Below are positions 46,874-56,812 of a stretch of DNA of 64,000 nt, piece by piece (position 1 is the first letter of the stretch; each line of letters starts with the position of its first letter). A program made the translations under genes and the position numbers. The notes beneath the pieces were generated by a model. It did not search any database. It was not told the origin of the DNA and saw only the letters and a program-made list of their open reading frames with translations. The DNA lies in the NCBI GenBank assembly GCA_963797805.1, contig CAWCRC010000002.1:200496-264495 (forward strand), given 5' to 3'. The DNA comes from an uncultured Actinomycetes bacterium. Lineage in GTDB: Bacteria; Actinomycetota; Thermoleophilia; Gaiellales; Gaiellaceae.

Positions 46874-49282
46874 ATGGCTGACCGCGGTTCGTTCCACCTC
46901 GGCAACACGATCGACCCCGCGACGGGCAAGCCGGGCGCCGACCGGGTCGTCGTCGGCTCGAGCGACCTGACGACGCACGGCGTCGTCGTCGGGATGACCG
47001 GCTCGGGGAAGACGGGGCTCGCGATCGTCCTCATCGAGGAGGCCCTGCTCGCGGGGATCCCCGTGCTGATCCTCGATCCGAAGGGCGACATGGCGAACCT
47101 CGCGCTCGTCTTCCCCGACCTCTCCCCCACCAGCTTCCGCCCCTGGGTGAGCGAGTCGGACGCGAGCGTCGCCGGAGTCTCTCCGGACGAGTACGCCGCG
47201 AAGCAGGCGACGATCTGGCGCGAGGGCCTCGAGTCGAGCGGCATCGGCCCGGAGCGCCTGCAGGCCTTGCGCGACGCGGCGGACGTCACGATCTACACGC
47301 CCGGCTCGACCGCGGGCGTCCCGCTCAACGTGATCGGGTCGCTCCGCGCCCCGAAGCTCTCCTGGGACACCGAATCCGAGACGCTCCGCGACGAGATCCA
47401 GGGCACCGTGACGAGCCTTCTGCGGCTCGTCGGGATCGAGGCGGACCCGCTCTCGAGCCGTGAGCACGTGCTCCTCTCGAACCTCGTCGAGAACGCCTGG
47501 CGGGCCGGGCGCGATCTCGATCTCGGGACGCTGATCGCCGAGATCCAGTCACCGCCGATCCGGAAGCTCGGTGTCTTCGAGCTCGACCAGTTCTTCCCGC
47601 CCGCCGACCGGACGAAGCTCGCATTCACGCTCAACGCCCTCGTCGCGTCGCCGACGTTCGCCGCCTGGGGCCAGGGCGATCCGCTCGACCCGCAGTCGCT
47701 CCTCTTCACGAGCGAGGGAAAGCCGCGCTGCGCGGTCGTCTATCTCGCGCACCTCTCCGACGAGGAGCGCCAGTTCGCCGTCACCCTCGTCTTCTCGAAG
47801 CTCGTCACCTGGATGCGGAGCCAGGCGGGAACCCCCGACCTCCGCGCGCTCGCCTACATGGACGAGGTCTTCGGCTTCGTCCCGCCGACCGCGCAGCCGC
47901 CTGCGAAGAAGCCGATCCTGACGATCCTCAAGCAGGGTCGCGCGTTCGGGCTGGGGCTCGTGCTGTCGACCCAGAACCCCGTCGATCTCGACTACAAGGC
48001 GATGGCAAACGCCGGGACGTGGCTCGTGGGCCGCCTGCAGACCGAGAACGACAAGGCACGCGTCCTCGAGGGGCTTCGCTCCGCCGCCGGCGGCACGGAC
48101 ATCGGGGAGCTCGACCGGGCGATCGGCGGGCTCGGGAAGCGCCTGTTCCTGCTCGTCTCCGCGAAGGCCTCCGAGCCGCGCCTGTTCGCCACGCGCTGGG
48201 CGATGTCGTACCTCCGCGGCCCGCTGACGAAGGAGCAGGTGGCGACCCTCACCGAGCATCGGAGCAAGACGGCCCCGTTCGCTCCGGGCACGTCCGTCGA
48301 GGCCCCGGCAGCGGCGCCCACCACCCCGGCACCGGAGCTCGCCGACGACGAGTCCTCTGTGGCGCCACCGGTCGCCGCCGGCACGCCCGTCTCGTACCTC
48401 GACCCCGCCGCCGCGTGGGCGGCCGGCGTCGGAGCCGTCGCAGGCTCCACGCGGTTCCGCGCGTTCCTCGCGGCCCGCGTCTCGCTCCGCTACGACGACA
48501 GCGCGGCGGGCGTCGACGAGCAAGCGGAGTTCGAGGCCGTCTACGGGCCGCTCGACGGCGGGCTCGACCTCGCGAGCGAGACCCAGGTCGACTACGACGA
48601 GCGCGACTTCGCCGCGTCGCCGCCATCCGGGGCCGCCTACGTCCTCCCCCAGGCGCCACTCAGCGAGACGGGCTTCTACCGCTCGACGGCGAAGGACATC
48701 CAGCGGCACCTCGTCGACCGTCGCCCGCTCGAGCTCCAGCGGAACCGCGGGTTGAAGCTCGTCGCGCGCCCCGGAGAGTCGCCTGAGGAGTTTGCGGCCC
48801 GCTGCGACGCCGCGGCGCAGGAGCGCGCCGACGCCGAGTCGGCGAAGATCCGCGACCGGCTCGAGGCGAAGCGCGACCGGCTCGAGAGCGCGCTCGCGCA
48901 GGCGGAGCGACGGGTCGAGGAGCTCGAGGCCGATACGCGCTCGCGGGCCGCGACCGAGCTCGTCGCCGGCGCCGGCGCGGTCCTCGGCGCGCTGTTCGGA
49001 GGGCGCCGGAGCACCCGCTCGATGGCGAGCGCCGTCGGAAGCGCAGCTTCCAGGCGAGGTGTGACGTCCCGATCGCAGGAGCGGAAGAAGACCGCGGAGG
49101 GAAAGGCCGATCGGACGAAGGACGAGCTCGCCGAGCTCGAGCAGGAGATCCTCGACGAGGTCGCCGAGATCGACGAGCGGTGGCGCGCGGCCGCGGACGA
49201 GGTCGACACGCTCTCGATCCGGCTCGAGGCGACCGACGTCCGCGTGCTCGAGACGCGCGTCGTGTGGGTCCCCAGCGACTGA
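46874..49282 (+). CDS. HerA/FtsK-like P-loop ATPase (DUF87/DUF853 type) with C-terminal coiled coil
   Basis: THG.VVGMTGSGKTG, DPKGD, YMDE, LKQGRAFG and TQNPVDLDYK motifs. Confidence 0.85.
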   Translation: MADRGSFHLGNTIDPATGKPGADRVVVGSSDLTTHGVVVGMTGSGKTGLAIVLIEEALLAGIPVLILDPKGDMANLALVFPDLSPTSFRPWVSESDASVAGVSPDEYAAKQATIWREGLESSGIGPERLQALRDAADVTIYTPGSTAGVPLNVIGSLRAPKLSWDTESETLRDEIQGTVTSLLRLVGIEADPLSSREHVLLSNLVENAWRAGRDLDLGTLIAEIQSPPIRKLGVFELDQFFPPADRTKLAFTLNALVASPTFAAWGQGDPLDPQSLLFTSEGKPRCAVVYLAHLSDEERQFAVTLVFSKLVTWMRSQAGTPDLRALAYMDEVFGFVPPTAQPPAKKPILTILKQGRAFGLGLVLSTQNPVDLDYKAMANAGTWLVGRLQTENDKARVLEGLRSAAGGTDIGELDRAIGGLGKRLFLLVSAKASEPRLFATRWAMSYLRGPLTKEQVATLTEHRSKTAPFAPGTSVEAPAAAPTTPAPELADDESSVAPPVAAGTPVSYLDPAAAWAAGVGAVAGSTRFRAFLAARVSLRYDDSAAGVDEQAEFEAVYGPLDGGLDLASETQVDYDERDFAASPPSGAAYVLPQAPLSETGFYRSTAKDIQRHLVDRRPLELQRNRGLKLVARPGESPEEFAARCDAAAQERADAESAKIRDRLEAKRDRLESALAQAERRVEELEADTRSRAATELVAGAGAVLGALFGGRRSTRSMASAVGSAASRRGVTSRSQERKKTAEGKADRTKDELAELEQEILDEVAEIDERWRAAADEVDTLSIRLEATDVRVLETRVVWVPSD

Positions 49283-49803
49283 CCGTCCGCGCGCTCGTCG
49301 TCGCGCTGCTCCTGGCCGCGGCCGGCTGCGACGACGGCGCCTCTCCGCCGGCGTCCGGCGGTGGCGAGAGAGAGCGGGCGACGGTCGCGTGGGTGAACGA
49401 CGGCGACACGCTGACGCTCACCGGCGGCGCGAAGGTCCGGCTCGTGCAGATCGACGCGCCCGAGCTCCAGACCGACTGCTACGGCCGCGCCGCGCTCCGC
49501 GCACTCATGGGCCTGACGCCGAAGGGGACGCGGGTCACGCTCGTCCGCGACCCGGACCTCGACGAGCGCGACCGGTACGGCCGCCTCCTGCGGTACGTCT
49601 ACCGCGGCGAGCGGAACGTCAACGTCGAGCTCGTCCGCCGCGGCGCGGCATCCCCGTACTTCTTCCGGACGGAGCGCGGCGAGCACGCGGACCAGCTCGA
49701 CGACGCCGTCGAGGAGGCGCGCGAGGAGCGCGCGGGGTACTGGGGCTCGTGCCCGGACGCGGAGCTGAACACCGGCCTCGGCTCTGTCACGGGCCCGGCG
49801 TGA
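49264..49803 (+). CDS. Thermonuclease (SNase) family lipoprotein
   Basis: Lipobox AAGC; DGDT, VRL..IDAPE, DRYGRLLRYV and N.ELVRRG motifs. Start uncertain. Confidence 0.88.
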   Translation: MGPQRLTVRALVVALLLAAAGCDDGASPPASGGGERERATVAWVNDGDTLTLTGGAKVRLVQIDAPELQTDCYGRAALRALMGLTPKGTRVTLVRDPDLDERDRYGRLLRYVYRGERNVNVELVRRGAASPYFFRTERGEHADQLDDAVEEAREERAGYWGSCPDAELNTGLGSVTGPA

Positions 49804-49810
49804 ACACCGC

Positions 49811-51377
49811 TCAGCGCCAGGGCACCTCGGGCGAGGCGTAGAACGAGACGCCGAGCGCGCGCAGACGCGGCCCCTGCGCCGCGAGGCGCCAGCGATAGCG
49901 CTGCCACGTTCGCCCGGCCGCGGGCGACCAACCGATCTCCGCCTGCCCGATGAGGCGTGGGAACACGAGGTAGTCGAGATCGGCCCGGTTCACCACGGTC
50001 TCCGTCCAGAGCGGTGCCTCGACGCCGAGGATGTCGCGGTCGCCGACGCCCGGGATCTGCGTCCCGGGATCCCATGTGTACGCATCGCGCACGCTCGTGA
50101 GGCCCGCCCACGTCAGCCCGAGTCGCGTCTCGGGGGTGTACTTCATGTCGAGGTAGACCTTCGGCGCCGGCGACATGATCAGCTTCGCGCCCCGCTCGAC
50201 GGCTCGGCCCGCGACCGCCGGGTCGTGCCAGTGCTGCGCGACCGACGTCCGCCGCAGCTTCGTCTTCGCGACCTCCTCCCAGCCGATCATCCGCTTGCCG
50301 TGCGAGCGGACGATCGTCTCCACTCGCTCCATGAAGGCGAGGTACTCGGCCGGATCGGTCGAGTTCGCCTCGTCGCCGCCGACGTGGAAGTACGGGCCGG
50401 GGGTGAGCGCTGCGACCTCGCGGACCACGTCGTCGACGAACCGGTATGTCATCTCCTTGCGGATGCAGAGCGAGCTGTACCCGACCTCCATGTCCGTTCG
50501 CGGCGCAGGCGCGGCGCCGTCGCAGGTGAGCTTCGGATAGGCCGTGAGCGCGGCGTTGACGTGCCCCGGCATGTCGATCTCCGGGACGATGTCGACGAAG
50601 CGGGCGCGGGCGTATGCGACGATCGACGCGTAGTCGCGCTGCGTGAAGTACCCGCCCTTCCCGCCACCCACCGCGCTCGTCCCGCCGACGCTCGTCAGCC
50701 GCGGCCACGACCGGATCGCGATGCGCCACCCCTGGTCGTCGGAGAGATGCAAGTGAAGGCGGTTGAGCTTGTAGAGCGCCATCAGGTCGATCAGGCGCTT
50801 CACCTCGGCGGGCGGGAAGAAGTGGCGTGCCACGTCGAGCATCGCCCCGCGCCAGACGAACCGCGGCCGGTCGTGGATCGTCCCGAGCGCGATGCGCCAC
50901 GGCCCGGGCTGCAGGGTGTCCGCCTCGATCGCCGCCGGCAGGAGCTGACGGAGCGTCTGCGTGCCGTAGAACAGCCCCGCCGGCCGGGCGGCGGTCACCG
51001 TGACGCCATCGCGCGCGACGACCAGGCGGTAGCCCTCGCTCCCGAGCGCCCGGTCGCCCGGCGTGAGCGCGAGTGCGATGCTGTCCGCGGCGTCCCCGCC
51101 TCGCGCGGTCACGACGGGAAGGCGGTACCCGGTCGCGGGCCGGAGCGCCGCGGCGAGGAGCTGCGCGACGCGGGCCGCCTCGGAGGAGGTCGAGCGAACG
51201 ACGATCCGGGCGGAGGGCTGCAGCGTGAAGGCGCCCCGCTCGGGCGCCTGTGCGAGCGGCTGCGGAATCACGGTGACGTAGGCCGGCGGCGGCCCTTGCG
51301 CCGCGATCCCTGGGTCAGCGCCCACCGTCGCTCCGAGGACCAGCGCGGCCAGTGCGAGGCGTCGCGAGACCCGTCAC
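49811..51377 (-). CDS. Secreted GH20 beta-N-acetylhexosaminidase; +1 frameshift in the signal peptide near 51365
   Basis: RGAMLDVARHF, HLSDDQGWR, PEIDMPGH and HVGGDE motifs. Corrected N-terminus is MTGLRRLALAALVLG, from the GTG overlapping the permease stop. Confidence 0.92.
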
Positions 51378-52249
51378 CCCCGGACGGCGCCCGACGTCAG
51401 CCCGAACGCGATGCGGCGCTGCACGATGAGGAAAAAGACCACGACGGGGATCGCCGTGAGCGTGGAGGCGGCCATGAGCCCGCCCCAGTCCGTGTTCCGG
51501 CTCGTCCCGTAGAAGTACGAGAGCCACACGGTGACCGTCTGGTTCGACTGGTCGGTGAGCAGCACGCTCGCGAACACGTACTCGTTCCACGTCTGGATGA
51601 AGACGAACACCGACGTCGCGACGAGTCCCGGCGCGACGAGGGGCAGCAGAATCCGGATGAAGGCCCCGAGCCGGCTCGACCCGTCGACCATCGCCGCCTC
51701 CTCGAGCTCCTTCGGGATCCCGAGGATGAAGCCGCGCAGCATGTAGACCGCGAAGGGAAGCGTGAAGGTCATGGAGGTGAGGATCACGCCGGTGAGCGCG
51801 TTCGTGAGGTGGTAGCGGGCAAGCACGACGTAGAGCGGGATCACGAGCCCGACGGTCGGCAGCATGAGGATGCCGATCATCAGGACGACGAACACCTTCT
51901 GGCCGGTGAAGCGGTACTTCGCGAGCGCGACCGCCGCCAGGAACGCGAGCACCATCGACGCCGCGACCGCGACGAGGACGACGATCAGGCTGTTCTGGAC
52001 GATGTCCCAGAAGTACGGTCGGTTCATCGCGTCGCGGAAGTGCTGGAGCGTCGGCGAGAGCGGCAACCAGGTCGGCTCGGCGGCGATGATGTCCTCGTCC
52101 GGCTTGAAGGCGGTCGAGACCATCCAGTAGACGGGGAAGACGAGGACGACGAACAGGGCGATCCCGACCGCGTCCCAGGCGCGGCGTCTGAGCAGGCGCC
52201 GGCGTCTCCGGCGCGCCGGCGTGCGGCGCTCGACGGTCGCGCTGCTCAC
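51374..52249 (-). CDS. Carbohydrate ABC permease (DasC/MalG-like)
   Basis: FPVYWM, IPKELEEAAMVDG (EAA loop) and WNEY motifs. Confidence 0.92.
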   Translation of the reverse strand: MSSATVERRTPARRRRRRLLRRRAWDAVGIALFVVLVFPVYWMVSTAFKPDEDIIAAEPTWLPLSPTLQHFRDAMNRPYFWDIVQNSLIVVLVAVAASMVLAFLAAVALAKYRFTGQKVFVVLMIGILMLPTVGLVIPLYVVLARYHLTNALTGVILTSMTFTLPFAVYMLRGFILGIPKELEEAAMVDGSSRLGAFIRILLPLVAPGLVATSVFVFIQTWNEYVFASVLLTDQSNQTVTVWLSYFYGTSRNTDWGGLMAASTLTAIPVVVFFLIVQRRIAFGLTSGAVRG

Positions 52250-53229
52250 GTCGTCTCCTCCATGCGCACCATCTTCCGGACGTAGACGACGCTGAGCAGC
52301 GCGACGATGACGACCAGAAGGAGCGAGATCGCGGCGCCGCGGCCGAAGTCCGAATGGCCGTAGCCCTCGATGAAGACGTAGACGCCCATCAGGTAGTTGT
52401 CGACGTTCACCTGGGACGCGCCGATCAGCAGGTAGGCCTGGGTGAAGACGCCGAAGTCCCAGATGATCGAGAGGCTCGTCAGGATGAGCAGGATCGGCTT
52501 GAGGACGGGGAACGTGACGTCGCGGAAGGCCCGCCACGCCCCGGCTCCGTCGATGGAAGCCGCCTCGAGCAGCTCACGCGGGACCTGCGCGAGCCCGGCG
52601 TAGAGCGAGAGGACGACGAACGGGAGCGCGCCCCACACGATGAGGAGCGTCACCATCGCGAGCTTCGAGAAGGTCGTCGCGTACCAGTCGTGCTGGAAGT
52701 AGTCCCCGACGCCGAGCGTCGTCAGCGCGTAGTTGAGGATCCCGTTCTGGAAGTTCGTCATCCAGTAGAAGACCTGGACGGCCACGACGGCCGGCATCGC
52801 CCAGGCGAGGACGAGCCCCGTCGTCAGCAGGACGCGCACGGGCATCGAGAGCCGGACGAGCAGGAGGGCGATGAGCAGCCCCAGCACGATCGTCAGCGCG
52901 ACGTTCGCGGCCGTGAAGACGATCGTCCGGACGAGGGTGTCCCAGAACACCCCGTCGCTCAGCACCGAGCGGTAGTTGTCGAGTCCGATCCACTGGCCCT
53001 TCCGCTGGATCAGCTCCGGCAGGCCGTAGCGCTGGAAGGAGAGGGTGACGAGCTGGTAGAGCGGGTACCCGAGGATCGCGGCGATCGCGACGATCACCGG
53101 GAGGACGAGCAGGTACGGGACGGCCGCGCCCGAGACGCGACGCAAGGAAAGCGGCCGCCGCTGCCGGGCCCTGAGGGTAGGGGGCTCGGCAGCGACAGCC
53201 GCTACCTGTGGGACGGGACGCCGGCTCAA
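52246..53229 (-). CDS. Carbohydrate ABC permease (DasB/MalF-like)
   Basis: GLDNY, YAGLAQVPRELLEAASIDGA and WDFGVFTQ motifs. Confidence 0.92.
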   Translation of the reverse strand: MSRRPVPQVAAVAAEPPTLRARQRRPLSLRRVSGAAVPYLLVLPVIVAIAAILGYPLYQLVTLSFQRYGLPELIQRKGQWIGLDNYRSVLSDGVFWDTLVRTIVFTAANVALTIVLGLLIALLLVRLSMPVRVLLTTGLVLAWAMPAVVAVQVFYWMTNFQNGILNYALTTLGVGDYFQHDWYATTFSKLAMVTLLIVWGALPFVVLSLYAGLAQVPRELLEAASIDGAGAWRAFRDVTFPVLKPILLILTSLSIIWDFGVFTQAYLLIGASQVNVDNYLMGVYVFIEGYGHSDFGRGAAISLLLVVIVALLSVVYVRKMVRMEETT

Positions 53230-53251
53230 TCCGATCTGCGTCCCGCCCGGC

Positions 53252-54490
53252 TCACGGTGCGTTGAGGACCGACGTGATGTTGTCGCTCGCCGACTGCGCC
53301 GCCTGCCGGACCGACAGCTTTCCGGTCAGGATCTGGGCGAGCATGTTCCGGAGGATGTTCCCGTTCTCGACGTTGACCCAGTTCTTCGCGGACGGAACCG
53401 ACCAGCTCCGCTTCGCCGCCCGCTCGCCGACGCTGTTCCCGAGCAGGCTCGTCGTGTTGGGGATGTTGCCGATCGAGCGCAGTGCCGTCATCGACGCATT
53501 GCTCGTGTAGGCCTTGATCCAGTCCACCGCGAGCGCCTTGTTCGTGCCGACAGGGATCGCCAGGAGCGAGCCGCCGAGGAAGCCCGGGATCGGCTGGCCC
53601 TTCGTGCGGCTCGGCATCACGAACTGCGCCGTCGAGCCCTTGTACTTGTCGCCGACGCAGCAGGTGAACCAACCAGGCCCGACCATGGAGCCGGCGTTGC
53701 CCTGCGCATACACGTCGTACGGGTTGGGCTTCGTCTCGTCCGTCGTCTTGCTCGCCCGCGAAGCGGCGAGGAAGAAGTTCTTGTACGCCGTGAGGCCGGC
53801 GACCGACTTGGGCGAAGCGAGCGTGCCCTTCCACTTACCGCTCACCTGCTTCGCGATCGCGCCGCCATGGTCGTAGACGAAGCTCATCGCGAAGTACCAG
53901 TCGGTGCCGGCGATGTACACGGGCGAGAAGGCGCGGTCGCCCTGTTGCCTGGCGAGCTTCCGTGCGGCGGCCGTGTACTCGGCGAGGCTCGTGGGCACCT
54001 TGATGCCCGCCTTCTTGAAGAGGTCGGTCCGGTACGTGACGACCCTCGAGCCGGCGTAGTACGGCACACCATACGTCTTGCTGCTCAAGCGGCCCTGGGC
54101 CGCCAGTCCGTCGAGCCACGTGCTCGAGTTGGCGAACGAACCGCGATCCGCGGTGAGGTCCTGGAACCCACCGGCCGCCATGTACTTCATCATCTCGGTG
54201 TTTCCCATCTCGATGACGTCGGGCGCGCTGCCACCGGCGAGCGTGGCGTCGAACTTCTGGAGATGGTTCCCCCAGGTCTGGTACTGCACGTTGACCGCGA
54301 CGCCGGGATGATCGCGCTGGAACGCGGCGTTGGCGGCCTTGACGATGGGCTCCCAGTTCGCCGCCTGCGCGTCGACCTGGAGCCACACGGTGATGCTGTT
54401 GGTCGCGGCGGCACCGCCCGACGCCGTAGCCGCGATCACAGCGAGGGCGGCGCTGACGAGTGCCAGGACGCCGATGATGCGTGCTCTCAT
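53252..54490 (-). CDS. Sugar ABC substrate-binding protein (DasA-like), no lipobox
   Basis: ITVWL, PDVIEMGNT, YGVPYYAGSR and FLGGS motifs; signal peptide without Cys. Confidence 0.9.
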   Translation of the reverse strand: MRARIIGVLALVSAALAVIAATASGGAAATNSITVWLQVDAQAANWEPIVKAANAAFQRDHPGVAVNVQYQTWGNHLQKFDATLAGGSAPDVIEMGNTEMMKYMAAGGFQDLTADRGSFANSSTWLDGLAAQGRLSSKTYGVPYYAGSRVVTYRTDLFKKAGIKVPTSLAEYTAAARKLARQQGDRAFSPVYIAGTDWYFAMSFVYDHGGAIAKQVSGKWKGTLASPKSVAGLTAYKNFFLAASRASKTTDETKPNPYDVYAQGNAGSMVGPGWFTCCVGDKYKGSTAQFVMPSRTKGQPIPGFLGGSLLAIPVGTNKALAVDWIKAYTSNASMTALRSIGNIPNTTSLLGNSVGERAAKRSWSVPSAKNWVNVENGNILRNMLAQILTGKLSVRQAAQSASDNITSVLNAP

Positions 54491-54577
54491 GAGCCAATCC
54501 CCCAAGCGGATCGTGAGGCGGCGGCGATCGTTCGGTGTGCCCGGTGGCCGGCGGGAACGACGATGCCGGAGCCGCCT

Positions 54578-54593
54578 ACTGGTGTATACCACT
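54578..54593. promoter_or_regulatory. dre (DasR/NagR operator) in the ABC operon leader
   Basis: ACTGGTGTATACCACT versus consensus A(G/C)TGGTCTAGACCA(G/C)T. Confidence 0.82.
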
Positions 54594-54608
54594 TGGCCAC
54601 GGTTCGGA

Positions 54609-54644
54609 AGACTGGCACAGCAAGGGGATCTTGTCAAGACCACT
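54609..54644 (-). promoter_or_regulatory. ABC operon promoter with a dre overlapping the -35
   Basis: Minus strand AGTGGTCTTGACAAGA (54629-54644) contains TTGACA, followed by 17 nt and CAGTCT. Confidence 0.75.
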
Positions 54645-54780
54645 TTGCTGTCGGACCCGGACGCCTTGGCGACAGCTTTTCCTGTTTTTACAGGGATTTG
54701 CTTGCGCGAGCGACGGCTCGCGACCGAGCGACTGACCAGTGCGAGGAGGGCCTATTGGTACTGACCAACACAACGGCGTG

Positions 54781-55560
54781 TCACTGCCTGCCGTCGCCGG
54801 TGCGCCCGAGCGAGCGGCGATTCAGCTCCGTCACGAGCCGGTAGCGGTCACCGCGGTAGATCGAGCGGACGTACTCGACGATCTCGCCCGAGCCGGATCG
54901 TGTCGTGCGTTCGAAGACGAAGGCGGGCGAGTGCAGCGGGACGCCCAGCGCCTCGGACTCCTCCTCGTTCGTCACCGTCGGCTCGATCGTCTGCAGCCCG
55001 CCGACGATCGTGATGCCATAGCGGCCCTCGAGGAGCTCGTAGAACGACTGCTGCTCGAGATCGGCCGCCGAGATGCCGGGCACGAGGGACTCGCGGACGT
55101 GCAGCGTCTCGATTGCCATCGTCTCGTGGTCCGCAAGGCGCAGCCGGCTGATGATCACGACCGGCTCGGAAGGCGACACGTGCAGCAGACGGCCCAGGTG
55201 TGCCCCCGCGGACGACACGTGGATGTCGAGCGTACGGCTGGCCGGGATCATCCCGCGGCGGCGCATGTCCTCGGTGAACGAGGTCATGGTCAGCTCCTGG
55301 GCGATCTTCGGCTCGCTGACGAACGTCCCGCTCCCGTGCCTGCGTACGAGCATGCCCTCGCGCACGAGCTCGTCGAGCGCGGCGCGGACGGTGAGGCGTG
55401 AGACGCCGAGCTCGGACGTCAGCTGCCGCTCGGAGGGGATCGCATCTCCTACCCCGAGCTGCTCGATTAGGTCGAGCACGCGGCTCCTGACCTCGGTCTG
55501 CTTCGTGGCCGGCTGACTCGTCCCGCTCATCGCCTTCCTCTCGACCGGACTTCGCGCCAT
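54781..55560 (-). CDS. dasR: GntR/HutC-UTRA family regulator (DasR/NagR-like)
   Basis: PSERQL...GVSRLTVRAAL..L..EG.L.R.HG.GTFV, TSFTEDM and YRGDRY motifs; context and dre sites agree. Confidence 0.85.
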   Translation of the reverse strand: MARSPVERKAMSGTSQPATKQTEVRSRVLDLIEQLGVGDAIPSERQLTSELGVSRLTVRAALDELVREGMLVRRHGSGTFVSEPKIAQELTMTSFTEDMRRRGMIPASRTLDIHVSSAGAHLGRLLHVSPSEPVVIISRLRLADHETMAIETLHVRESLVPGISAADLEQQSFYELLEGRYGITIVGGLQTIEPTVTNEEESEALGVPLHSPAFVFERTTRSGSGEIVEYVRSIYRGDRYRLVTELNRRSLGRTGDGRQ

Positions 55561-55577
55561 CGTAGCGTTCCCCTGCT

Positions 55578-55593
55578 CCTGGTCAAGACCACT
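55578..55593. promoter_or_regulatory. dre overlapping the msiK stop codon, upstream of dasR
   Basis: Minus strand AGTGGTCTTGACCAGG. Confidence 0.75.
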
Positions 55594-56776
55594 GTTCGGC
55601 GACGACCGCCGCAGGATCCGGCGCGTCGGCGGTCGCCAGACTCTCGCCGGTGACGGCGTCGAAGAAGTGGAAGCGGGACGGATCCACGGCCAGGCTAGCG
55701 ATGTCCCCCTGTCTCGCGCGCGTGCGCGCATCCACCCGTGCCGTGAAGAGCGATGAGTGATCGGCGAGAAGCGAGGCGTCGTCCTCGGCGTCGTCGCTGC
55801 CCGTGTCGACCGAGACACGCGTCGCGTCGACCGGGAAGCAGATGTGCGACTCGGGACCGAGCTCCTCGAGCACCTCGACCTGTGCCGTGAGCCGCGGCAG
55901 CGCCGGCGAGGCGGTGTCGCCGTCCTCGAAAGCCTCCGGGCGGATCCCGAGCACGACCGTGCCCACGTCCTGACGGGGGCGGTTCTCCGGGTCGAGCGGG
56001 ACGGCGAACTGGCCGAAGCGGACGCTCGAGCCCTCGATCGCCGCCTCCACGAGGTTCATCGACGGGGAGCCGATGAACGCGGCGACGAAGACGTTCCGCG
56101 GCCGCCGGTACAGCGCCTGCGGTTCGTCGAACTGGACGATCCGCCCGTCCCGCATGACGGCGACCCGCTGTCCGAGCGTCATCGCCTCCGTCTGGTCGTG
56201 CGTAACGTAGATCGTGGTCACGCCGAGCTTCGCGTGGAGCTGGGCCAGGGAGGCGCGCATCGCCACGCGAAGCTTCGCGTCGAGGTTCGACAGGGGCTCG
56301 TCCATGAGGAACGCCCGTGGCTCGCGGACGATCGCGCGTCCCATGGCAACGCGCTGGCGCTGCCCCCCGGAGAGCTGCGCCGGCTTCCGGTCGAGCAGGT
56401 CGCCGAGGCCGAGCAGGCCCGCCACCTCCTCGACGCGCCGTCGCGTCTCGGCCTTGCCAGAGCGCCGCACCTTGAGGCCGTAGCCGAGGTTCTCGCGCAC
56501 CGTCATGTGCGGATAGAGCGCGTAGTTCTGGAACACCATCGCGATGTCCCGGTGGCGCGGCGCGAGGTCGGTGACGTCGACGTCCCCGATCCGCACCTCC
56601 CCCGCCGTGACCTCCTCGAGACCCGCGAGCATGCGGAGGAGCGTCGACTTACCGCAACCGGACGGGCCGACGAGGACGACGAACTCCCCGTCGCCGATGG
56701 CAATGCTGACGTCGTCAACGGCGACGAACCCGTTGCCGTACACCTTCGTCACCCTGTCGATGTCGATCGTCGCCAT
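55583..56776 (-). CDS. msiK: Sugar ABC ATP-binding protein (MsiK/MalK)
   Basis: GPSGCGKS, MVFQNYALYPHM, LSGGQRQR, MDEPLSNLDAKLR and FIGSPSMN motifs. Confidence 0.92.
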   Translation of the reverse strand: MATIDIDRVTKVYGNGFVAVDDVSIAIGDGEFVVLVGPSGCGKSTLLRMLAGLEEVTAGEVRIGDVDVTDLAPRHRDIAMVFQNYALYPHMTVRENLGYGLKVRRSGKAETRRRVEEVAGLLGLGDLLDRKPAQLSGGQRQRVAMGRAIVREPRAFLMDEPLSNLDAKLRVAMRASLAQLHAKLGVTTIYVTHDQTEAMTLGQRVAVMRDGRIVQFDEPQALYRRPRNVFVAAFIGSPSMNLVEAAIEGSSVRFGQFAVPLDPENRPRQDVGTVVLGIRPEAFEDGDTASPALPRLTAQVEVLEELGPESHICFPVDATRVSVDTGSDDAEDDASLLADHSSLFTARVDARTRARQGDIASLAVDPSRFHFFDAVTGESLATADAPDPAAVVAEQWS

Positions 56777-56812
56777 CCCTCAGCGCACCGTCACTCTCGT
56801 CGTATCTCGGTA

